64,000 nucleotides of DNA, taken from Escherichia phage 55. Below the pieces are notes generated by a model. It worked only from the letters and a program-made list of their open reading frames with translations. It was not told the origin of the DNA and ran no database searches. Below, in pieces: positions 47,559 to 56,767 of the stretch. The position numbers and the translations under genes were made by a program. Every line of letters starts with the position of its first letter. The stretch's first letter is position 1. Location: the sequence record OQ599310; one strand, written 5' to 3'.

Positions 47559-48293
47559 ATGGAGCTAATCTTTTTAAGCGGCATCAAACGTAGTGGTAAA
47601 GACACCACTGCTGATTACATCAATTCAAACTTTAAATCCGTAAAATATCAATTGGCATATCCAATTAAAGACGCTCTAGCAATAGCCTGGGGACGTAGGC
47701 ATGCTGAAAACCCTGATGTATTCACCGAGTTGAAATATGAATACTTTGAAGGCATTGGATACGACCGTGAAACACCATTAAATCTCAATAAGTTGGATGT
47801 TATTGAATTATTGGAAGAAGCGCTAATTTATTTGCAAAGTCAATATTTACCAATTAATAATGTTAAAGTATTATCATCATTAGAAGGTGGATATTCGTAT
47901 CTAGATATTAAACCATATGAAGCCCTGCGTGAAGCTATAAATAATATCAACGACACATGGTCAATCCGCCGTCTTATGCAAGCCCTCGGTACGGATGTTG
48001 TCGTTAATTTATTTGACCGTATGTATTGGGTTAAACTTTTTGCATTAAACTATATGGATTATATTGGAAGTGATTTCGATTACTATGTTGTGACCGATAC
48101 ACGCCAAGTCCATGAAATGGAAACCGCTAGAGCGATGGGTGCTACAGTTATTCATGTGGTTCGCTCCGGTACGGAATCCACCGATAAACATATTACAGAA
48201 GCTGGGTTGCCTATTGAAGAAGGCGATTTAGTTATTACAAACGACGGCTCTTTAGAAGAGCTTTATTCTAAAATTGAAACAATCTTAAGGTAA
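47559..48293 (+). CDS. 1: deoxynucleoside monophosphate kinase gp1
   Basis: 244 aa; P-loop GIKRSGKDT; synteny. Confidence 0.9.
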   Translation: MELIFLSGIKRSGKDTTADYINSNFKSVKYQLAYPIKDALAIAWGRRHAENPDVFTELKYEYFEGIGYDRETPLNLNKLDVIELLEEALIYLQSQYLPINNVKVLSSLEGGYSYLDIKPYEALREAINNINDTWSIRRLMQALGTDVVVNLFDRMYWVKLFALNYMDYIGSDFDYYVVTDTRQVHEMETARAMGATVIHVVRSGTESTDKHITEAGLPIEEGDLVITNDGSLEELYSKIETILR

Positions 48294-48297
48294 TAAA

Positions 48298-48983
<686 letters not shown>

Positions 48984-48997
48984 TTTTCACAAAACAG

Positions 48998-49026
48998 TTT
49001 ACATAAGGATGATGGTGTGATACTAT
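48998..49026 (+). promoter_or_regulatory. early promoter with stem-loop upstream of ipI
   Basis: TTTACA / TACTAT; inverted repeat GGATGAT..ATCATCC. Confidence 0.65.
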
Positions 49027-49060
49027 CATCCTATCAAATAAACAACCTCAAGGAAATAAA

Positions 49061-49348
49061 ATGAAAACCTATAAAGAATTTATATCACCTGTTGCTAACG
49101 TTTCTACTCTGACCGAAGCAACCCTTACTTCCGAAGTTATTAAAGCAAATAAAGGACGTGAGGGTAAACCGATGATTAGTCTGGTTGATGGTGAAGAAGT
49201 AAAAGGTACTGTTTACTTAGGTGATGGATGGTCTGCTAAGAAAGATGGCGCTACTGTTGTTATCTCTCCGGCCGAAGAGACCGCACTGTTTAAAGCTAAG
49301 CATATTTCTGTAGCTCAGCTTAAAATTATTGCAAAAACTCTTCTGTAA
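49061..49348 (+). CDS. ipI: internal protein I (capsid-targeted, injected)
   Basis: 95 aa; N-terminal MKTYKEFI CTS; body matches remembered T4 IPI. Confidence 0.9.
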   Translation: MKTYKEFISPVANVSTLTEATLTSEVIKANKGREGKPMISLVDGEEVKGTVYLGDGWSAKKDGATVVISPAEETALFKAKHISVAQLKIIAKTLL

Positions 49349-49352
49349 GTAG

Positions 49353-49381
49353 TTTACATGCTGATAGGACTATGTTATAGT
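49353..49381 (+). promoter_or_regulatory. early promoter with stem-loop
   Basis: TTTACA / TATAGT; palindrome GATAGGACTA..TAGTCCTATC. Confidence 0.65.
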
Positions 49382-49416
49382 AGTCCTATCAAATCAACAA
49401 CCAAACGGAAAAACAA

Positions 49417-49680
49417 ATGAAAACCTATAAAGAATTTATCGCTGAATCTCAATCTTCTACTCTGTCAGAGAACTACGAATCATTCTCTTACAACAACGAC
49501 CATGCAATGTTCTACGACCGAAACATCGGTACTTATGTCCATGTATGGGGTGTTAAAGATGGTAATGTAGTTGTTAAGAAAAACTCTAAAGAAGGCAACG
49601 GACGAGGCCAGGTAAAAATTACCAGCAAGAAAGCTATCCAAGCTTACGTCGATTATGTTAAACGCGAAGCTGGTATTTAA
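49417..49680 (+). CDS. CTS-bearing internal-protein-like protein (87 aa)
   Basis: N-terminus MKTYKEFIAE; first 23 nt identical to ipI start; early promoter 49353-49381. Confidence 0.75.
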   Translation: MKTYKEFIAESQSSTLSENYESFSYNNDHAMFYDRNIGTYVHVWGVKDGNVVVKKNSKEGNGRGQVKITSKKAIQAYVDYVKREAGI

Positions 49681-49683
49681 TAG

Positions 49684-49712
49684 TTTACATGATGATAGGA
49701 CTATGTTATAGT
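49684..49712 (+). promoter_or_regulatory. early promoter with stem-loop (same as 49353 copy)
   Basis: Same 40-nt promoter/palindrome sequence. Confidence 0.65.
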
Positions 49713-49749
49713 AGTCCTATCAAATCAAATGAGTAAATGGAGAAATAAA

Positions 49750-49935
49750 ATGAAACGCGCTGAACTGATTCGTAATGTTGCTATAGTAATTGCTTCAATG
49801 GCTTTTAGTTTTTCGATGTTTGTAGGATTCATTTGTGGACTACTGACAACAACTGAAAACTCTATCTCATTGGTAGTAGCATTTCTAATCGGCTTAATCG
49901 CTATCGTTATGGATAAAATTGCAAAAGGTGAGTAA
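49750..49935 (+). CDS. small membrane protein (61 aa)
   Basis: Hydrophobic helices; RBS GGAG; early promoter 49684-49712. Confidence 0.6.
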   Translation: MKRAELIRNVAIVIASMAFSFSMFVGFICGLLTTTENSISLVVAFLIGLIAIVMDKIAKGE

Positions 49936-49936
49936 A

Positions 49937-50299
49937 ATGAAATATCACGTATATGCGGATTTTGAAGCAAATCCTTCTAAAGACCCGGATTGTCGTTTAT
50001 TCCGTAATCCGTTTGATTCAGCAGCTCAAGCATGGGCCTGGATTAAAACTTGTACTCCTTCTTACACTTTCTTTGAAGTGGTAGATGATAATGGTGTTTT
50101 GCATCCAGAACCTACAGAAACTATTAATTTCCTTCTGTTTGCTGGTTATGACTGTTATCCTCTTGGTGGTATTGACGACCTTGTTGCTACAGGAAAAACT
50201 GTCGAAGCTCTTCGCGAAATTTATAAAAACGCAGAAGAAAATTTTGACTGGTATCATATTGTTGATGCTCATACCTTTGAAGTGGTGGAACATTCATGA
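49937..50299 (+). CDS. hypothetical protein
   Basis: 120 aa; ATG overlaps upstream stop. Confidence 0.6.
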   Translation: MKYHVYADFEANPSKDPDCRLFRNPFDSAAQAWAWIKTCTPSYTFFEVVDDNGVLHPEPTETINFLLFAGYDCYPLGGIDDLVATGKTVEALREIYKNAEENFDWYHIVDAHTFEVVEHS

Positions 50300-50586
50300 T
50301 TCTTTATGCTAAGGTAAAATCCGTTGAGAATGGATATGAAAGCGATCAACGTGCAGCTAAAGCACTAGTCGATTACTATGGTATTTTGACCCACTTTGAA
50401 GTTGAAAAGGTTTACGTCGACCGTTCATCTTCACAGGTTAAATTACTTTGGGAAGACCGCAAATTTAATAGTGTGAACTTTGATTTCTTTATTGAAACAG
50501 AAAAAGGCCCTCTTGAATATGATATTTTCAAGAATCCTTTGAAATTACGTTGCATTGAATATAATTACATTAATATGGTACGGTGA
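50296..50586 (+). CDS. hypothetical protein
   Basis: 96 aa; translationally coupled. Confidence 0.6.
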   Translation: MILYAKVKSVENGYESDQRAAKALVDYYGILTHFEVEKVYVDRSSSQVKLLWEDRKFNSVNFDFFIETEKGPLEYDIFKNPLKLRCIEYNYINMVR

Positions 50587-50590
50587 TTAA

Positions 50591-51106
50591 ATGAATATTC
50601 GTTTAGGCAGTACAATTCCTAAGGGCTACGTAATTGATGTCACTACCTATGAAAATGATGGTGACAACTATAAAACCAAAACATTGTTTGAAGTGGAAGA
50701 GCATGAGCTCCAACAGTTTAAATATCTCTTGAAGAAATTTAAGAGCCGTCATTCTAGCACCAAAGCCGAACGTTATTGTGGTAATACACCATTCAGTGAT
50801 TGCTCGCTTTTAATCTATGAATACTTGGTTGAAGGGCTGTTCTCAGACCAGCTTTATCCAGAATTCATTAAAAAGGTCTTTGGTATTGAAGTCGACCTCG
50901 GTAATAAATCTGAAGAAGATGAATCACGTGTATTCGACCTGTTCTTTGTGAAAGGCGATGAGATATCTCAAGGTCTTATTGATATTCTTGGCTATGCTTC
51001 TGAATACTATGATTACGATTTCTTGCGTGTAGTTGAACGTGTCGAATTTGCTTATATTGAAGAAGAAATCGTTTTGCCAACCGTTAAAATGTTTGATTTG
51101 CTTTAA
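50591..51106 (+). CDS. hypothetical protein
   Basis: 171 aa ORF in early operon. Confidence 0.6.
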   Translation: MNIRLGSTIPKGYVIDVTTYENDGDNYKTKTLFEVEEHELQQFKYLLKKFKSRHSSTKAERYCGNTPFSDCSLLIYEYLVEGLFSDQLYPEFIKKVFGIEVDLGNKSEEDESRVFDLFFVKGDEISQGLIDILGYASEYYDYDFLRVVERVEFAYIEEEIVLPTVKMFDLL

Positions 51107-51123
51107 GAATAATTTGTTATTAT
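51096..51123 (+). promoter_or_regulatory. candidate middle promoter upstream of tRNA genes
   Basis: TGCTTTA 51099-51105, 12 nt, TATTAT. Confidence 0.45.
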
Positions 51124-51185
51124 TAATTCATACCCTCTATTACCAAAGGTGCTCTAAAGTGCCTTTCATAATAGAAAGTTATTTA

Positions 51186-51259
51186 GGCCCTGTAGCTCAA
51201 CGGTTAGCAGCAGTCCCCTCATAAGGGAAAGGTTACCAGTTCGAATCTGGTCTGGGTCA
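51186..51259 (+). tRNA. tRNA with CAU anticodon (Met or lysidine-Ile type), imperfect stems
   Basis: Hand-folded cloverleaf: T-arm ACCAG/TTCGAAT/CTGGT, loop CTCATAA; one acceptor mismatch, 3-bp D stem, one G-A in anticodon stem. Confidence 0.55.
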
Positions 51260-51265
51260 TATATT

Positions 51266-51342
<77 letters not shown>

Positions 51343-51360
51343 ACTTTAAGTGAGGAAAAT

Positions 51361-51705
51361 ATGAAAGGCAATGTTTATCTGGTAGTTCATGATTTAACGT
51401 TTTATTTTAACGAATATGATACAGTTATTTCTCATCGATTGATTAATTCGCTGTATCAGCATGCCGATTACATCTATGTTCAAAATGAATTTGGTCATTG
51501 GAAGTTCATTAAAAACCGTTCCGGGTTAACTAGTTTTGAATACTTTGACCGTAAAGACCTTTTAAACGAAATCCCATTGCAACATCGGTTTCAGAAACGC
51601 GAATCATTATATTATTGCCGTCATATACCAAACGCCGAATGTGTTGATGAAGCAATTAATCTATGGCGTAGACGTAGAGAACAAATTGATGATATGCCAA
51701 AATAA
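51361..51705 (+). CDS. hypothetical protein
   Basis: ATG 51361 after GAGGAAAA RBS; ORF-track start 51313 lies inside tRNA-Arg. Confidence 0.6.
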   Translation: MKGNVYLVVHDLTFYFNEYDTVISHRLINSLYQHADYIYVQNEFGHWKFIKNRSGLTSFEYFDRKDLLNEIPLQHRFQKRESLYYCRHIPNAECVDEAINLWRRRREQIDDMPK

Positions 51706-51719
51706 GAAGCCGGGTCGCT

Positions 51720-52006
51720 ACCGGCAAGACGTCGGACTGATGTTCCCTGAGTAAGGACTGGTCTTAATAAATCTTTATGATTCGTTAATATCCCCTTACA
51801 TCACAGCAGAAACGGCGCACAGAATTATCGATTCGAGGAAATATCTTTGCCGTAAGCCGAGTAGCGTTTTTGACGGAACGTTCGGATATGGTCGAGATAT
51901 GGCCTTTTAAAATATTGAGTAGCGTCAACTACTTAATAACCGGGTTCAAATCCCGGCGTTTCGTACAAACACTTACCTAGTAGGTGGAAACCCCGACAAG
52001 GTATAT
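51720..52006 (+). ncRNA. candidate small stable RNA region (T4 rnaC/rnaD-like?) with tRNA-like T-arm
   Basis: ~290 nt without ORF in the tRNA neighbourhood; hairpin GCCGG..CCGGC at 51710-51725; T-arm CCGGG/TTCAAAT/CCCGG at 51940-51956; no canonical cloverleaf. Confidence 0.3.
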
Positions 52007-52036
52007 AGCCCCTTCCGAAAGGTTGGGGCTTTTTTG
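52007..52036 (+). terminator. rho-independent terminator (repeat copy 1)
   Basis: AGCCCCTTCCgaaaGGTTGGGGCT then TTTTTT. Confidence 0.7.
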
Positions 52037-52044
52037 TATAAATA
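52037..52044 (+). promoter_or_regulatory. late promoter TATAAATA
   Basis: Exact TATAAATA 36 nt upstream of ATG 52080. Confidence 0.6.
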
Positions 52045-52079
52045 TAGTAAACAATAAACCTACTTTCTAAGGACCATCA

Positions 52080-52706
52080 ATGTATACTTTTAATGAATTT
52101 TTAGCCGAAACGGAAGTAATCACCGAAGCCGGTGTACGTATGACAAAAGAGAAGTGGCAAGCTGCTTACGATGCTATTTCTGGTACAAAAACTAGTACAG
52201 AGTTTTTCAAAAACGTTCAAGCCATGTACGGTATCGACACTTCCAGCCAAAAAGAATATTACAGAGCTTCTAAAGCATTCAAAGATATTGTTAGTGGTGG
52301 TGTTTCTGCTAAATCTGGTTCGCCTAAAGTAAAACCTGCTCCTACCACTCCTAAACCTGCGACCCCTAAAGCAGTAGCAAAACCTGAGCCTAAGCCGGAA
52401 GTAAAAGCAACTCCTAAAGCTCCTGCTCTTAAGTTTGATACTTCTAGCCTGGAAAAAAAATATAAACAACTATCTTCGCTTGTTCGTGATATTGAATCCG
52501 ATACATCTTCACTCGTTCGTGAATTCAACAGTCTTCGTAATGGCCAACATATCAACAACCTTGATACCCCAGACCTTTATCGTCTTTATTTGACTATTGA
52601 AGGTTTGAAGTACACTCAACCACTTCACGATGAGATTAAAGAAAAACTTCGTCAGGCAGGTCGTTTGGCTGCTGACGCTGCTCAGTATGCAAAAACCCGT
52701 AAATAA
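52080..52706 (+). CDS. CTS-like N-terminus protein with Lys/Pro-rich linker (IPIII-like?)
   Basis: 208 aa; MYTFNEFLAE N-terminus; own late promoter and flanking terminators. Confidence 0.7.
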   Translation: MYTFNEFLAETEVITEAGVRMTKEKWQAAYDAISGTKTSTEFFKNVQAMYGIDTSSQKEYYRASKAFKDIVSGGVSAKSGSPKVKPAPTTPKPATPKAVAKPEPKPEVKATPKAPALKFDTSSLEKKYKQLSSLVRDIESDTSSLVREFNSLRNGQHINNLDTPDLYRLYLTIEGLKYTQPLHDEIKEKLRQAGRLAADAAQYAKTRK

Positions 52707-52724
52707 TTAAGTTACAATCACTTA

Positions 52725-52750
52725 AGCCCCTTCCTATGGTTGGGGCTTTC
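52725..52750 (+). terminator. terminator-like hairpin (repeat copy 2)
   Basis: AGCCCCTTCCtatGGTTGGGGCT then TTTC. Confidence 0.55.
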
Positions 52751-52785
52751 GGGCATCTAGGGCAGATAAATTTTTCACAAAGTTG

Positions 52786-52813
52786 TTTACTTCTCCTTGA
52801 GGTATGATACTAT
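52786..52813 (+). promoter_or_regulatory. early promoter
   Basis: GTTTACT ... TGATACTAT; ends in TAGACCTATC repeat. Confidence 0.55.
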
Positions 52814-52843
52814 AGACCTATCAAAACAAATGAGGAAAACATT

Positions 52844-53347
52844 ATGAGTCTTTATACTGAACTGAATAAAAAATCTGAAGAATCGCGTGACGTTGTTTTT
52901 AAAAATGTACAAAAGCGTATTTTGGAAAAGATGTATGATGCTGCATCTAAAGGTGAAAAATCATGCCGCTTTCCGATGAGATGTTCTACAGATTTATGCT
53001 CAAATACTATTGAATGGTTAGAAAGCGAAGGTCTTACTGTAGAGAAAAACCCGGCGACTTCTATTGACGGTGAATCATATATTAGTATTTCTTGGGATAA
53101 ACCACAGGTTAATGAGAAAGACGGTGATTGGGTTGTGGATGTTAAGACTTCTGATGGTGGACGTTCTGTTGAAGTTTCAGCCGTAGTTAAAGGTACACAT
53201 GGGCAAAATAGCTGGGGATGTGGTGGTGAAGAAAAAGAAATTGTTCTTAGTGTGATTGCAAGGTCTACTAGCAATAAAATTGCCCAGAGCATCATCTATG
53301 CTGCATGTATCGAAGCTGGAAAAATTTGCAAAATTAAAAATAAATGA
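52844..53347 (+). CDS. hypothetical protein
   Basis: 167 aa; RBS GAGGAAAA; early promoter 52786-52813. Confidence 0.65.
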   Translation: MSLYTELNKKSEESRDVVFKNVQKRILEKMYDAASKGEKSCRFPMRCSTDLCSNTIEWLESEGLTVEKNPATSIDGESYISISWDKPQVNEKDGDWVVDVKTSDGGRSVEVSAVVKGTHGQNSWGCGGEEKEIVLSVIARSTSNKIAQSIIYAACIEAGKICKIKNK

Positions 53348-53376
53348 TGTACAAACACCATGGACGGTGTTACTAT
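53348..53376 (+). promoter_or_regulatory. early promoter
   Basis: TGTACA, 17 nt, TACTAT. Confidence 0.55.
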
Positions 53377-53404
53377 AGACCTATCAAATCAAGAGGAAAA
53401 CAAA

Positions 53405-53632
53405 ATGGCTAAAGTTAGTATTGATGTCGTTGATTATGAATACACAGAAGAAGTTATTCGCAACCGTCACCCTGAAGTTCGTATCGATTCAGCCCAAGAT
53501 TCCAAGTTCTGGACAACTGAGCTTAATCTGAGTGGTCCTTATGAAGCTGTTAAGAAGTTCATGGTTGAAGAATACTGTGAAGGCATGCACCCCGAAGACG
53601 CCAAGTTTTATGTCAATTTGATTAAAAAATAA
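53405..53632 (+). CDS. hypothetical protein
   Basis: 75 aa from ATG after GAGGAAAA; track start 53360 overlaps promoter. Confidence 0.6.
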   Translation: MAKVSIDVVDYEYTEEVIRNRHPEVRIDSAQDSKFWTTELNLSGPYEAVKKFMVEEYCEGMHPEDAKFYVNLIKK

Positions 53633-53661
53633 TTTACAAACTCTTGAGAGCAGAGTATAAT
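53633..53661 (+). promoter_or_regulatory. early promoter with stem-loop
   Basis: TTTACA, 17 nt, TATAAT; inverted repeat GAGAGCA..TGCTCTC. Confidence 0.7.
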
Positions 53662-53702
53662 GCTCTCATTGGATAATAAACCACCAATTGAAAGGTAATA
53701 AT

Positions 53703-54296
53703 ATGAACACACTGAAGAAACTTGTTGAATTCATCCGCACTAAACTGGGTACTGCTATGGCTAAAAATCTGACTGTCGAAGAACAGTATAACGCAGCTGC
53801 AGATAAGTTGATTACCCAAATCAAAGAACTAAAAACGGCTTCTGTTAAATCTATTAATGAAGAAAAACGTATTCGCGAACTTGTTAATGAAAAGAACAAG
53901 CAAGCCGCTTCTAAGGAACGTGAAATTCGTAAGCTCCTGGCTGAAGGACAAGATGTTACCATGCATGCTAAGCTTGGTCTTCTGTATCGTCGAACTGCCG
54001 AACAACTTAATACAAAAGCTGACGGGTATGCCGCTATGCGAATTGAAATTGCTCGTAAGGTGGTTGAACTTGACGATGCTCGTCAGAACCTGGCAATCAA
54101 ACTCGAATACATTCGTGAAACTCGAGCAGCCAATGCCCTTGGTATCTCTACGGCTGATGATGTAATTGAAATCGCTGCACTGACTAAGGTTGATATCGAA
54201 GACACTCTGACTCGTGTTGAAACGTTCAATGGCACTCCAGCTGGTGTCGAAACCACTTCTGCTGATGTACAAGAATATATTAACTCTTTGAAATAA
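53703..54296 (+). CDS. coiled-coil protein (possible PspA/IM30-like, unverified)
   Basis: 198 aa, long helical heptad-like sequence; early promoter 53633-53661; terminator 54305-54327. Confidence 0.6.
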   Translation: MNTLKKLVEFIRTKLGTAMAKNLTVEEQYNAAADKLITQIKELKTASVKSINEEKRIRELVNEKNKQAASKEREIRKLLAEGQDVTMHAKLGLLYRRTAEQLNTKADGYAAMRIEIARKVVELDDARQNLAIKLEYIRETRAANALGISTADDVIEIAALTKVDIEDTLTRVETFNGTPAGVETTSADVQEYINSLK

Positions 54297-54304
54297 AATA
54301 ATAC

Positions 54305-54327
54305 GGAGGACTCCGGTCCTCCTTTTG
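54305..54327 (+). terminator. rho-independent terminator
   Basis: GGAGGAC tccg GTCCTCC then TTTTGG. Confidence 0.7.
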
Positions 54328-54345
54328 GATAATAAAGGAGTTAAC

Positions 54346-54948
54346 ATGCGAAACCAAAATAATGATATTGACTCAATGTTCGAAGAGTTCCGAGATAAGG
54401 TAAATCCACCTACGTCCTTAGTTGATTCATTACGATATGTTGCAACCGGACGTAAATGGTACTGGTCGTCTTCTTATGAGACCACCGAGAAAACGGCTAG
54501 CCATAGCAGAAAATCTTTATTAGCCCCAGGTATTATGATTCATGATATCGGAGCTATTGCTAAACTAGTTGCAGACCATGATATTAGATTCACTGATTTC
54601 GTTGCTCCTACGTGGTCTGTTTGTTGTTTAAACACTGAATGGGAATATATCAGCGAACGCTCTGAAGATTATTATGGTTTTAGAGATAAGCTTCTGAGGT
54701 CTAATATGTTTTATATCGATACAGAAGTTCTAGTCGATAATAAAAAATATTACTTTACGTTAATCATCGATTCTGAAACTATGTATGAAGGCAAGCCTTT
54801 GCTTAAAAGAGTTGATGCTTTAAGTGCTATTGATGCGCTTTATGAAACTATGGTTGTTAGTCCTAATTTCACTAACAATTTAATCCTTGAGCAATTTATT
54901 ATGGAATGTAGAGAATATGTCAAAGCCAACCCTATACATGCCAAGTAA
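54346..54948 (+). CDS. hypothetical protein
   Basis: 200 aa; RBS AAGGAG. Confidence 0.6.
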   Translation: MRNQNNDIDSMFEEFRDKVNPPTSLVDSLRYVATGRKWYWSSSYETTEKTASHSRKSLLAPGIMIHDIGAIAKLVADHDIRFTDFVAPTWSVCCLNTEWEYISERSEDYYGFRDKLLRSNMFYIDTEVLVDNKKYYFTLIIDSETMYEGKPLLKRVDALSAIDALYETMVVSPNFTNNLILEQFIMECREYVKANPIHAK

Positions 54949-55312
54949 GCCCTGGGCGTATGAATACAAGCGTAAATTAATCCCAAATGAAGTACTATTT
55001 GGCCCTATTTTAGCTTTAGCATTTTTAATCTTTATGATTATAGGAGCTGTTTTAGATTCTAGTGAAGTTATATCGTCTGATGCAGCATTTTCATTAATGT
55101 TCGTCGCACCACTTATTGTACCGTTTTTATTAATGCCTATTAATTGGGCAGGATATTGGCACCAAGGCCGTCATCACAGAGCCCGATTAAGAGAATGGAA
55201 AGTTCAGTGCGCAAAAGCCCAAGCTCAGTATGATGAAGCTGTTAAAAAGTATGAATATGAAGAAGCTATGGAATTCGTTAAGGAAATAAGATGCAAAAGC
55301 CTCAACTCTTAA
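54917..55312 (+). CDS. membrane protein, C-terminal FVKEIRCK motif (start uncertain: 54917 or 54938)
   Basis: Two hydrophobic helices; overlaps upstream gene end. Confidence 0.5.
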   Translation: MSKPTLYMPSKPWAYEYKRKLIPNEVLFGPILALAFLIFMIIGAVLDSSEVISSDAAFSLMFVAPLIVPFLLMPINWAGYWHQGRHHRARLREWKVQCAKAQAQYDEAVKKYEYEEAMEFVKEIRCKSLNS

Positions 55313-55650
55313 CCGTATGGCCTTCTCTTGGTGAGAACATTCTAATTTTTATTATGAGTATTGGCATGGGATTTGCCTTTGGATTAGTTGGATTTCTTAT
55401 TGACGGAGTTGTGTTAGGATTTATAGGGAACACCGGTGGATTCACAGACCAATGGCAGGACTTACGATATACTCAAGCCTTTGCATCCATCGCATCATTT
55501 TGTACTGTAGTCTATTTTTACTACGATTTTATAAACCACAACAAGAAAAATAAAAAGGTTTACGCTTCTCAAATGATTAGTTATAATGAACTCCTAGCTA
55601 GACGTGAAAATGAAACAATCGAAAACTTTATTAAGGAATGTAGAAAATGA
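55291..55650 (+). CDS. membrane protein ending ENFIKECRK
   Basis: 119 aa, hydrophobic core; overlaps upstream ORF by 22 nt. Confidence 0.6.
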   Translation: MQKPQLLTVWPSLGENILIFIMSIGMGFAFGLVGFLIDGVVLGFIGNTGGFTDQWQDLRYTQAFASIASFCTVVYFYYDFINHNKKNKKVYASQMISYNELLARRENETIENFIKECRK

Positions 55651-55952
55651 GTAAGATTATTGAAATTAAAGTACCAGAGTTTAATGATGCCAAATCCGCT
55701 TCAGATGCAATTTATAAACTTCTGAATCAAGCTGAACGTATCGAAGAAGAAGCAACAAAGATCGCAGACCAATATGCTGTATCATTTTCTGTAGGTGATT
55801 ATGGTAGCGGTCGTACTTATTATCCTAAGGGTGAAATCGTATCCCAGTGGATGAAAGATGAAATTGAAAATAATGGCGGCGATGTTAAGCGTGAAGGTAA
55901 TGGATACGTTATTACTGAAGGTGCTTGGGTTTCGTCTTCTGCGTTGTGCTAA
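55647..55952 (+). CDS. small protein paralog A (C-terminal GAWVSSSALC)
   Basis: 101 aa; first of three tandem paralogs. Confidence 0.65.
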   Translation: MSKIIEIKVPEFNDAKSASDAIYKLLNQAERIEEEATKIADQYAVSFSVGDYGSGRTYYPKGEIVSQWMKDEIENNGGDVKREGNGYVITEGAWVSSSALC

Positions 55953-55961
55953 GGAATCATT

Positions 55962-56234
55962 ATGTCTAAAGAACAAACCGAACTGGCTGAAGCTGTAGCA
56001 AAAATCTATGCAGCTATTGAGGCTGCCAAAGAAATTGCTGATAAACAAAACACAACATTCGACTTGTATCCAGCTTATGGTATGGGTGGAACCTATCATT
56101 CACCCGGACATCTTAAAGCCGATCTTGAACGTTGTACAAAAAACGGCCAGGCTGAATGGGCTGACGTTTACCAATACGACTACAACCTGAGCCTTGAAGA
56201 TGGCGGTTGGGTTGCATCTTCTCACACTTGCTAA
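55962..56234 (+). CDS. small protein paralog B (C-terminal GGWVASSHTC)
   Basis: 90 aa; shares KIY..IE.A.EIAD and GxGGTY motifs with paralog A. Confidence 0.65.
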   Translation: MSKEQTELAEAVAKIYAAIEAAKEIADKQNTTFDLYPAYGMGGTYHSPGHLKADLERCTKNGQAEWADVYQYDYNLSLEDGGWVASSHTC

Positions 56235-56243
56235 GGAAATCAT

Positions 56244-56441
56244 ATGTCTCGTGAATTAGATTGTGCTGTACGTACCGCAGTAGCTGCTCTAGAAAACCTG
56301 TTCCAGATTGCAACCGAAGAGCGTGAAGAAGTTACATTGTGGATTGAAGATAACGCAGGTCTGAATCTCCAGGACGCGATCTCATTATCCCACAATAGTA
56401 TCACTGTTCAAGGCTGGGTATCGTCTAGTTATTCTTGCTAA
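56244..56441 (+). CDS. small protein paralog C (C-terminal QGWVSSSYSC)
   Basis: 65 aa; same C-terminal motif and same TAAGGAA-ATG junction. Confidence 0.6.
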   Translation: MSRELDCAVRTAVAALENLFQIATEEREEVTLWIEDNAGLNLQDAISLSHNSITVQGWVSSSYSC

Positions 56442-56446
56442 AACAG

Positions 56447-56475
56447 TTTACAACAAGATAGGGCTATGTTATAGT
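56447..56475 (+). promoter_or_regulatory. early promoter with stem-loop
   Basis: TTTACA / TATAGT; palindrome GATAGGGCTA..TAGCCCTATC. Confidence 0.65.
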
Positions 56476-56503
56476 AGCCCTATCAAATTAAATGGAGTTC
56501 ACA

Positions 56504-56743
56504 ATGATTTATTACGAAAGTATCGGAACCAAAGTGGTTGGTAAAACCATTACTCGTGAAAAGTTTGCAAAGATATTCGATATGCGTTATAAAAAATCTG
56601 AACACAAAGGCATCCGATTCGAAGATGCGCACTGTACAATTTGCCCTTATAATGAAGACATAAACGGTACAATCGTTCCATTGGTAGAGGCTTCACATGA
56701 TGACCTCTGGGATGAATATAATATCGCATGTCGTGAAATTTAA
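56504..56743 (+). CDS. hypothetical protein
   Basis: 79 aa; RBS GGAG; early promoter 56447-56475. Confidence 0.6.
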   Translation: MIYYESIGTKVVGKTITREKFAKIFDMRYKKSEHKGIRFEDAHCTICPYNEDINGTIVPLVEASHDDLWDEYNIACREI

Positions 56744-56767
56744 GTGAATTAATCCGAGGAAAATATT

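Noticed and set aside
52101-52558. Minus-strand ORFs 52101-52469 and 52259-52558 with Arg/Phe-rich low-complexity translation
   Set aside because: Antisense to the Lys/Pro-rich repeat of the CTS-like gene; an artefact of low-complexity codons.
53634-54347. Minus-strand ORFs 53634-53819, 53666-53962, 53829-54347 and plus-frame 53857-54165
   Set aside because: They overlap the promoter-supported coiled-coil gene on the other strand or frame, with no RBS.
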